DNA from: Balanoglossus misakiensis
Taxonomy: Eukaryota; Animalia; Hemichordata
Length of the DNA: 64,000 bases
NCBI GenBank assembly: GCA_040954595.2
Contig: CM082588.2
Location: forward strand, 7,548,844-7,612,843
Direction of reading: 5' to 3'
The notes under the pieces were generated by a model. That model made no database searches, had not been told where the DNA came from, and was given only the letters and a program-made list of their open reading frames with translations. This document shows, one piece after another, positions 14,704-24,941 of the stretch. The translations under genes and the position numbers were made by a program. Positions within the stretch are counted from its first letter, which is position 1. Each line of letters starts with the position of its first letter.

Positions 14704-14974
14704 GGACTTTGACGGCCTTGGCGTCTAAAGGTTTCACGATCCCTTCCAAGTTGATCACTCGCGAGTACAGGCGCTGCGATCGCTGCTGAAGCGACCGAGC
14801 CTCGGTTGTAATTTCCTCGAAGATATTCGCCGCATGTTGTGATAGATCGGAAAGTTGCAGCAGAATGCTACAGTAGGTGTTGTTGGTCACCGCTTCCAGC
14901 TCATCGCTGAGCGACTTGTCCACGGGTTTTTTACTCAGCTCGGTCGGCTTGACGGTCCTCTTGATAAACGGCAT
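14704..14974 (-). CDS. NHS/NHSL (GUK-holder) family actin regulator, first coding exon (WAVE-homology domain); rest of gene lies beyond position 1
   Basis: MPFIKRTVKP...ELEAVTNNTYCSILLQLSDLSQHAANIFEEI...LDAKAVKV(P) is a WAVE/SCAR homology domain. The 271-nt exon ends in phase 1 at GTC C|gtgagt followed by a very long intron, like NHS exon 1 (LDPKQEAV-P) rather than WASF. No exon 2 found in 1-14703. Confidence 0.8.
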
Positions 14975-15969
14975 TTCGGCAATCCTCAAAACATGACAGA
15001 TGCAACATGCAGATCCACTAGAACAAAGTACCTGGACCGTCAGACATCGTTTGCACGGCTGTCGCCATTTTGTACTCTGTGACCACACTGAACACAGCGC
15101 CCAACTCCTGTGGCTTTTACTTTTAATGGAGCCCCTCCCACCTCCGCTCTAATATTTTTTCACATTTTCGGCTAATTATTCTCTAATGACTGATTCTTTT
15201 TAAAGATTTTCAATGTTTTGAGACAAAGTAATTGAAAGAAATTCCAAAATCTAAAAAACACCTAGAAATTACAAGTTTCTGATATACCAACTTTTGATTG
15301 AAAAGATGATGTTGATTATTATTTCACCAGCCACTCCCTCCAACATGAATGACTCTATTGGATTAGAATACAAAATTTACATCAAATTTACATAAGTAAA
15401 CAATCAATCAAGACAGGTAAATCATGTAAATAGCAAGGCCCACACACCAAGTGAGAAGGGTATCCGATATTCCAATAACAAGTATAAAGGTCAATGGTTT
15501 CGTTTCGATAAAACATTTGTTAATTTGTCAAATACAGTTTTTCAAACACGCGCATTGAAGCAAACCACACCTGTTCGAATTTTAGTACTTTTTATGTCAC
15601 GTACCAGGCATAGAAGGCTCTTTCTAAAAGTTTTGGTATACGCAAAAATGTTTGTACGGTATTTGTATAACTTCGAAAAAATCTTATTAAAATATTTTCT
15701 CCGAGTCTACCCTTGTTGATGATAGGAGGGTTTTTGCTGCTAGTGTACACACGACAGAAAATGAGAAATGGCATGGGCAAATAATACAGTAAAGGATGGA
15801 GGCTATCTGTATTATTTTTAAAATTAATTTTAATCAGATTGGCAAAGGGAGCGCATCTTAGAGTTTTGTATATTGTCTGTGATTGACTGAATGTTGAAAT
15901 CCACATATGGTGATCTCGTTACCAACGATGCATACTGCACCTGGGATACAAGCACGATTTTTGTCAGAC

Positions 15970-15985
15970 GACACTAGAGGGCGCG
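15970..15985 (+). promoter_or_regulatory. CTCF-like motif
   Basis: GACACTAGAGGGCGC resembles the CTCF core; lies between the NHS-family 5' end and the ashwin 3' end. Confidence 0.5.
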
Positions 15986-16998
15986 CTGTATACTGATCGA
16001 GAATATTTTTCGGACGCGCGTGCGTGGTGTCCTCATGAGGGCACTATATGCATGTACATGTACCAAAATCCCCAGCTTGTGAAGACAAACTGTTATAAAG
16101 CAGGGCTGGTTATAAAGGTATAGGCGTCAAAGTGACTTGAAGCCTTACATACATACACACATACATACAGACAGACAGACAGACAGACACCAGATAAGGT
16201 CCCACTGGTAAATATACCAAATGAATCTAAAAATGAGCACAACTTGTTAAATAATCAAATTAAAAATCTTTATTAAAGTGAATCCATATTTTTGTCCCAC
16301 TATTATATAAAGAAGTTTAGTTTATTAAAGTGACTTCAACCTCTAAAATCATTACATTATCTTTGATTTTTTTACATCCACCTACAGGGCTGCCTAGATG
16401 AAACAAACCTTTCCTGAATTCAGGACTACCAATCAAAGTGTAAATGGAAAAAACCTTGACACTGAAATACATGGCATTTGTGTTAAAATAAAAGAATGGT
16501 AGTTTGTAGATTAAAGATTCTTTTCACTTATCCAATCATGAAACAGAAGATTGAGACTCACTCGATTAAAAGGAACCAAAACAGGAGACGTTTTAGATAA
16601 CAGGGAAAGATACAGAATGTTAAAATAAAATACAAGTCAAATATTTCATTCACTCGTGTTCAGAAAGCACCCATGACAAGCCCTAAAAACGGCAATACTA
16701 AGTGCATCGAACAGAAAATTTGCTGGGAAGTTACGGCATGCACGTGAGATGATCTATCTCACACGGTCAGCCCAGGCCAATCGCCAATAGAGTTTCAGAG
16801 CCACTGCTTGTCCAATACACTGATGGCAGGCACCTTAAACTACAGAAGGTATTTTGGGTGCATTGCGTTCTGTAGACGGTATAGGTGGGGTACCAATGCG
16901 GAGATGTCACAGAGAATATTTGTACACTAACGTGTACCCCCATAATGGATAAACAGACGACTACCACACAAATTGTAAATGACACTTTGTATGCAGCA

Positions 16999-17209
16999 TA
17001 CTGTAAAACACTTTATTTTCGCAAGTTGAAATGTTCGCGATATCGAGAGAGGCCACTGTTTCGCGAGTATTAATTTTTGCGTTCTCTTATTTCATTTACT
17101 GCATCGTTATCTTAAAAAAAAATCACGCGACTTTTTATTTTCACGCTATTTTGGCTCTCTCATATTTCGCGAAAATATATTGCTCGCAAAAATAAAGTGT
17201 TTTACAGTA
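16999..17209. mobile_element. TA-flanked Tc1/mariner-like MITE (family F)
   Basis: TA|CTGTAAAACACTTTATTTT ... AAAATAAAGTGTTTTACAG|TA; close copy at 30916-31129, diverged copy 8251-8422. Confidence 0.8.
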
Positions 17210-17309
17210 TATGACACTAGTATCTCCAAACACTCCCATATTTCCACGATTACAATGTTCCATCGCACCAGACGTCGATCTCAATCTCTGCCCGTTGTAG
17301 AAGTTTCAG

Positions 17310-19715
17310 CTACGGCCAACTTATCCTCTTAATATTAGACTTCTTTGTCGGTGAGCTATCCGATGATGACGCTGATGATGAAGGTGATGATGAAATTGAT
17401 GATGAGCTAACTTTTCTTTCCTGAAATTATCAAATGAAAGAAATCTAGATACTACGACTCTCCATATGTATGTCAAAGGTTATATCAGTTTGATGACTGA
17501 AAACTGTAAAAAAATAAATGAATAATGATGTTTTGGAAGAACACAATTATCAACATGTATTTCAAATGTCCTTACAGACATTTTAAACAATTAGTATTTT
17601 ACAAATTTCTTGTACCAAAATGTTGAATTTTGACCACTGGAAGTAAAAAGGATGTATAGTTTATAATAGGGGTGATGAAAATGACCAATAACATGCTAAC
17701 GCTACAAAAGATTCGCTTACCTGTTTTGATTTGTCTGTCGAATGCGAAGGTGATGAGGTCGTCGACTTTTGAATTTTAATTATCTTCTTTTTTACAACTT
17801 GATCTTCTGGATTTATTTTTTCACTGGATGGTCTTTTGAGTGAAACTTTTTTACTCTGCGTATTAATATTTTTTGAACTTGACAAACTACCGAGTTTTAT
17901 AGTTGTTCCAAGACCACTACTACTAGCAGAAGTAGCACTAGGTGATTTAACTTCCGAGTCCTTTTTACTTGGGTTTAACTTCACAACTGATTTATTTTTA
18001 TTGATGACTACAGGTGGCGGTTTGAGTCTGTTGGTCGTCGATTGGATATTGACCGAGGAAATCAGCCCGGTTGTTCCTTCAGAGGTTCTCCTGGAAGAGA
18101 AATGAAATAGAACTGAGCATAATCGCAAGAGGATACACTGTATAGTACTTCAATGCATGCAGATTCTTTGAAATGAGTATAGGGGATCAACAGAATGAAA
18201 ATGGTGATTTTACTTCACTTTTCAAGCAATCTACTCAGGTGAATGTTTCTTCATTTTAGTCTGAATGGAAGTTCACCCCAGTATTGTGTCAACACACATC
18301 GGGTTATGATAAATCTTGGTGCAGTTTCAAGTAAGCAAAAGTAATTTTTCTCAGATTTCCACGGACACTCTGAGAGTGGTTCCAAATTTTGTGACATTGA
18401 AGGAAGACAGACACTATCACCCTGTAAGCCCAAAAGGGAAAATTGCCAGTTGGAAAAATGCTAGTACCCCAATACATTATATATGCAGTACAGTAGACTT
18501 GGTTAACTGTAAAGCAGTTTGAGATAAAAAAAATCCACTAGGTTTACCTCTTGCGAGCTGGAGAACCATCAGACATATTTTTCACATATTTTTCTACATC
18601 ACTGATTACACGTTTCTTCGGTCTCAGCTTAGCCATGATTTTCCCCCTCCTGTTATCCCGGAAATCTCGCTGTGGAAGTGGCAAGACCGTTCTGTAGAAG
18701 ATTTCCACTAGTGCTTCTTTGTCAAGATCCTGAGATCTGTCGAGTCGTACACTCCTCTGAGAAAAGAACGGTAGAAAACTGGTATGAAATGAATATACTC
18801 ATGTGGATAATACAAATTCCTTGATCAACTTTTTTTGAACAACAAAGATACACATGTCAATGGTAAGTTGTTTGTGAATTTCATTACTGCATCATCAAAG
18901 TTGTAGTACATGTACTACTAATAGAAGAGCTTGTTGTTTCTGCTAACTGTGCCTATTCTTAGAACTGGTGTCAAAACATTACTATCAGAGAATATGGCAC
19001 TCCTCTCACTGGACGAGAATAGGGAATGACTGAGAATAGGCATAGGGGTGTACATCAAGAAGTCAAATAAATGAAGTGACTGTTGCTTGACTTAGAGACC
19101 TGTGTGATGTGAACACTAGTGCAAAAAAACTGCATATCATGGGACCCGGCCACTTTGTAGTGGGGCTGGGTCTGTAGATACAGTTTGACACCCCCCCCCT
19201 CCCAAGGTTGCTATGATTCACATGTACCATAGCTGCAATAAATGTAGCCCAGGGCCCGTGGCCTGCGTTTCGGTAGGGGGTCTGTTGGCTTGAATGGCCT
19301 AGGCAAGTTCATACCAAATAACTGGCGACCCTAACCCCATGCATTGCAATTACATCATTAGCTGCAGAACCGTAGCTCAGGATTTTGTCTGGTAAGTGGT
19401 GTTGCTTTGTCGGGCTACAATGTTTTTGCCGTACCAACATTCAATACAAGGCAAAACTTCGAGCTACGGTATTGCAGCTATTACATCATAGTTCATACAT
19501 CATGCCCACATGTGCTACCTGCAATGAATGAGTGCAAGCGTGCCAGACGATTACATCTTAAAGTATCAATGTATACACATATAGTGGTTGTCAACCGATA
19601 TTCATGTACATATTTGTGTACTTACTTGTCTTAGAATGCTGATAATTGTTTCCTTGCTTAAAGTTTCGGGGTGAAGTAGATCTACAGTCTCCACCTCCAT
19701 GCTTTTCGAAGCCAT
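17310..19715 (-). CDS. C2orf49: Ashwin (C2orf49 homolog, tRNA ligase complex subunit), 4 coding exons
   Basis: Exons 19715-19626, 18756-18548, 18090-17721, 17420-17310, all GT-AG and phase-consistent. Motifs LLHPETLSKE, LPLPQRDFRDNRRGKIM, RLKPPP and C-terminal KRISWP match ashwin. Confidence 0.9.
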
Positions 19716-19997
19716 TTTGAAAAGGTGTAAATAAAATTAGCCGACGACTCAGATTCTTTCAAATATTCGAATACAAACGAAGGAATGAAGCTGACGTGAC
19801 GCCCGATATTCATAGAGAGGGTCATGGTCACTTCATCTTTGTTGAATGTACTTCACCAAGGACAAGAGAGGACTTGTCTTTCAATCGTTATGAATTTAGG
19901 AGTTGAACTAAACATTTGTAAATTCGGGAACGAATATGAATACATTCTCGGCCCAAAATTGACATAGGTCATGGGTCAAATGTGAGGTTATTCCATC
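19716..19997. promoter_or_regulatory. Compact bidirectional promoter region (ashwin / PSMG1)
   Basis: Only 282 bp separate the divergent start codons; CpG-containing with a CRE-like TGACGTGA near 19792. Confidence 0.7.
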
Positions 19998-22271
19998 ATG
20001 GCAACTTTCTTTGGAGAAATCGTGGCAGCTTCTTCCAGAGTCGACGCCGATGAAGATGAAGACGGAGACGAGAAAGTAAAAATAGCGAGGTGGGTGGCAA
20101 CCCTAGAATGACAGCTATACGTTATAATCTGAATACCCTCGTCAGCCTTTGGTAATCCGAATACGACGATCATTTACCAATGTTATCCAACCTTAGCCAA
20201 AACACTGCATTGTTTTGTATGTGATGTATTCAGAAGCAAAATGTCATTTTGTTTTCATCACCAGCCCTGTATTGAGATGGAATCCAGAGATCCGAGCTGA
20301 AATCAGTCATTCCAAAGATGGTGTATTAGAGTGTGATTTATTATTGGTAGCCATTGGGCCAGCAGCAACTGGTAAGTAGATGTTGTTCACCTTGGTGATG
20401 GTCTGGCTGTTTTTAGCATAGCTAGCAATCTGACTAAAATCAGATGTAGATTTAGGCGCTGGTGATTGTTTTGGCTGGGCTGTTCTTAGCTCTGCGTACA
20501 GGTCTGTGTGTTCCCGGCGTTACACGGTGGGTGGAGGCCGTGTAACGCCGGGAACACACAGACCTGTACGCAGAGCTAGGCTGTTCTCTGTCTTGGCTGT
20601 TCTTGGGTGTACATGCCGGGTCCCTTCCAAACCATGTCCAAACAGAACAGCCAAGACTCAGCAAAGGTAAAGACAAGTGACAACGCCTAACTCTACATGT
20701 ACAATGTACATCTGATTTTAATCAGATTGCAAAGCCAGCATAAAGTTGTGTGTAGCTTTCATGTGCATATTATGTGAATGCACCAATATAAGCTGTAAAT
20801 GTTCTTATAGGTTGATTACATGTTGTCAAAAATATAAACTGTTCAGACTCTTTTCAAATGGTTTAATACCCCATGTCCACATGATTTGCTAAAATTGTTC
20901 TTTTCTTTACCTGCAGGTTTTGTCCATTCCTATGTACTGAGTGAAGGACACGAAGTCATTGGTGTCATAGTCAGTGGCATGAAAAACAAAGACAGCAACA
21001 GCTTTCAACAGACCATGCATACAGACAAATCCTGTTTCTTGTACAGGTTGAAAAATCAACCGAAAATGTTGGTGTGTCAGTGTAGTGGTAGAGTCAGTGC
21101 CGAACAAGCATTCAGTTGGACTGAACAGGTGTGAATTATGGAAGTTTTTAATTAATAGCTGATTGTAATTGTAGCTGCAGAAATGTGATACGGTATTCTT
21201 ATGCTGTCGCCTCACACTACATCTGACCAACTCCCATAGAAGCTCCTGTTCAACCTCCTGTTGCGACCAGGCCAATCAGATTGCACATTACGTCGATCTC
21301 AATGAAGGATAACTATCGTTCTCTATTAGGCGCCTTCTGATTGGTTTTCAGATGTAGTGTGAGGCGACAGCATAAGAATACCGTACCGCGAAGTAAAAGA
21401 TGTCGCCGTACCCTACTTATGATTCTTATCAGATTGTTGTATATGATACCAGTTTGATCATATTAACTTTTAGTTTTTTTTTGTCATGACAGTTATTTAG
21501 AAATGTGAAGAAACCATCTGTTACCATCCTAGCTTCATCACAAATCACAGAATACAAATCTGACGATCGGATACAGACAGCACCATTCATCAAATGCTTG
21601 TGTACAAGTGAATTCAAAGACAAGCCAGTATGTGCATATCTGCCACAGCCAAACACCGTATCAGAATTACCAGCCGCTGGTGAGGTCATACTTCTTTTCA
21701 TCGCCCTCTGCATCCAACTTTATTCCATCACTTGCCCTAGAATGCCATGACCTCAAAGTCACATTGAGCTTGAACGTGAAATTTACAAGTTCCTGTAGAA
21801 GTGGAGAGTGAACAATTCAACATCACCTCAAACCACTCAGATTATTTAACAAGTATATGATTATGTGCATTTGAAGATTTTGAATTTGGCAATCATTGTA
21901 AGTATTAGACTTTGATTACGAGAATGTATCTTGTCTTGCAGTCTTGAATTGTTGTCAAGTGTTCGGAATTCAAGCTGTGCTCTACATGGCATATCTGGAC
22001 ATCATTCACTTAGAAGTTTCATCCATGAAAGCTTTCCTGCCAGTGTTGAACAATTCACCATTCAAGGGCATTTTAGAGGTAAGTCTAGAAAAGTTTCCCA
22101 AGAATTACATCGTAGTAGGCTTGATATTTTTTGAGCTCCATAGTTGACCAAACAAAACTCAGTATACTGACATCCATGTTATTTGCCAATTTTCAGGTCA
22201 ACGCGCATGCAGACATCACCATGAAGAAACTTGTGGAGCTGGACACTTCACAGAATCCTCTCTATATTTGA
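19998..22271 (+). CDS. PSMG1: Proteasome assembly chaperone 1 (PAC1/DSCR2), 6 coding exons
   Basis: Exons 19998-20089, 20265-20371, 20917-21128, 21493-21679, 21942-22078, 22197-22271, GT-AG and phase-consistent. MATFFGEIV..., LVCQCSGRVSAEQAFSWTEQ, LPQPNTVSELPAAVLNCCQV, ...NPLYI* match PSMG1. AATAAA near 22500. Confidence 0.93.
20487..20578. mobile_element. 92-bp hairpin element with TAG..CTA ends and 9-bp TSD (AcademH-like), nested in an older MITE
   Basis: Perfect 41-bp stem, 10-nt loop; GGCTGTTCT direct repeat at 20478-20486 and 20579-20587; outer TIRs GCAATCTGACTAAAATCAGATGTA span ~20425-20730. Confidence 0.8.
21189..21385. mobile_element. TA-flanked MITE with ~38-bp perfect TIRs in PSMG1 intron 3
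   Basis: TACGGTATTCTTATGCTGTCGCCTCACACTACATCTGA and its exact reverse complement bound the element. Confidence 0.8.
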
Positions 22272-23166
22272 TGTGACCGGATCATCTCAGTCTACTTCCT
22301 TTTTTTATTTGGGGGGGGGGGGGGGGGGGGGGGGGTCTATGGGTGTTCCTAAAACCCAGCTACTCGACAGACACTAAAAACCACAGCATTTATATGTGAC
22401 CATCAGTTGTCTACGACAATGAACTTAATTCAAAGTCTACAATGACGCAATGGTTAACCTATAGTATCATTGAATTGTAATTCTTTCAAAATGAAAAAGA
22501 ATAAATACTTTTTGATACTAAATATCTCTATACTGATGAGTATTTAAGTAACCATAGTGACACTCTCTGCACAGAATGAGTTGACAATCACTCCATCAAC
22601 TTCACCGACAGACGTTCTATCAAATCAATTCTTTTAATTTCTTACCTTTCCCTTGAATTGTCTTCATCGCAAGTTCAAGACCAACTGAACCTAGACACCC
22701 GGTCACTTTGTTAAAAATGTGATAAAATCACTTTTATTTCTGCCCAAGGTTAGAAGTCATCATTCGACAACTCACATGATAAATTAGCATATATACAAAA
22801 TTTACACCTGGTCCAATAAATGTTACATCAGCAAAATATCAAAGTACTACATTTGGCATATCCCTAATTTCTTGTAAAAAATCTCACGTGTGACAATGAC
22901 TTGGGTACATGACACAAGTTCAGTTCTTGAGCATGATTTACATAAACCAAATTTTGGTTCACAATCATTATTTTAGTGATTTCTGGCGAACCAAATAATT
23001 TGAAATCAACCATAGTTTGCGTAATTAAAATCATTAAAGCTCAGCTGTTCCAAAAACCCATTCATGAAATTACAGGAAGGTATGAAGTTTCAAGGTGGGT
23101 GATTTCTTCGCTGAATTTCAACTGGAATGGAATGGGTGTTTACTGTAGTTGTTTATTTTAACATGT

Positions 23167-23366
23167 TTAAAGGTATACAGTCACCTCCAATTTACATACG
23201 CCCATATATGGGTGAAATGGAGTATTTGAGGGTTCTAAAGAACATATGGTGGCGCTCTTTTTTTTTGCGTGTGCCAACAACTGAAAATCTGTGATTGGCT
23301 AGATCTCAATTTGCCATGGTAACTATAGCTAATTTTCCATAGGTGACCGTACTTGTATACCTTTAA
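23167..23366. mobile_element. Kolobok-like MITE family B, copy 2
   Basis: Same TIRs, TTAA flanks and internal sequence as 751-949. Confidence 0.8.
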
Positions 23367-24941
23367 TTTACAGAAATCTTTGTTATAGCGTGAAAATCAT
23401 GCCAACTGAATCAATATGGTGGCTACATTTGACTGTATGCCACGAAACGATTCAGTGATTCGTAGAGTTTGAAATAAGAGTTTAAAAATCCAGATAAAAA
23501 TACAGGTAGTGATATAAATCTGCTTTATACATATTCTACAAAAGTTTCAGTTAAGTACTTATAAATTAGTGGGTTCCATCTTTGAAGATGCATTCAAAAT
23601 AATTACAAAGCATTGCTTTATCGCGGGTTTATTTTGACTTGGAAAAAAAAGATGAAATGTAACATTGCTTACAGTCAATCCCAACTTGTTATTCTCATTT
23701 TAAGAGAGGATAATCTAAAGCTATCTTGATCAGAATCACAAAAACTTGATGACTTTGAGGTGCATTCTGTCGTAAAGATCAGATTGCAAGTGACAAGTGA
23801 AGTGTTCAAGACATTGATACACAAACTGACCAGTCAGATTTCTTGGTCCATGCAAGTTTACACACCAAGTACCCTAATGTACATCATGCCGTTGACATAA
23901 ATAATATAATTATACAAAAATCATGCCATAAACAAATATCTGCTTAAGTCTTGATGTGATATCAAAACGTCTGCAACTGCCAAGAAACAGAATGAATAAA
24001 AACTTAAAACATTACACAGGAAGACTGGATCATGCACGAATGTTCAAGAGACGAATTTCTAACACTGTGACTTGCCCTGATGGACCACTCTTCAAAATAA
24101 CTTACAACACACATCAGATAAAACGAGTTGGAAGTTGAGTTTCTGCTTACATCACTGAACAGTGCCTGTAAAGTGAATGTTGATGATTGTGACAATGTGA
24201 CTATATCACGACTTGAACTTGTATTATCTATATATTCTATTCTGCAATTTGTTCACAAATGGCACTCATACATTTTAAGGGCATAATTCACATGTTATAA
24301 AAATACAACATCAGGTAGTTTGGGATCTAGATTATAATTTTAGATTATTCCCAAAATACCCTGCAAAGAAGGCCACATTTCATCACAGATTTACACTTCA
24401 TGAATACGAAATGCATTTTATCTGGTTATTGGAAATTCTTGTCCAAAAGAGGACAGTCTTCCAACAATTTTTGTGACATAATTTCTACAAAGTCCACTCC
24501 AGAAAACTGTATCGCAATTTAACCCATTATACCAAGTTTGACATTGATTCTTAGTGATCCGTCAGTTTTGATGAGATGAGTTTTAATGTGATAGATCATA
24601 CAAAGCGTCAAATGCTTAATACTTTTACCCCTAATGTCTTTTAACACAAATAGTTCACACCACTGACCTTCACAGTTCAGAAGGTCAGTTATCTCAAGGT
24701 CACCCTGTGTGTTGCTGAACATGAAGTCAATTGCTAACACTTGAAAAATGTGACAGATTTCTTGTTAAAAATTTTACCACTGTTTAATGATAGTCAACTT
24801 TAATGTAAACTGTCTTTATAGTCAATTCTGTACCATATTGTAAACTTCAGTGAGTTTACGGAATAATTAAACTGAAATTGACATTTGAGTTGTGATATAT
24901 GAGTGATTATAAAAAAGTTTTTTCAGTCACTGAGATGGAAT

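Noticed and set aside
14501-15088. Calling this gene WASF/WAVE, or taking the 195-aa ORF as a whole protein
   Set aside because: Similarity stops at the donor 14703; exon boundary, phase and long intron fit the NHS family better.
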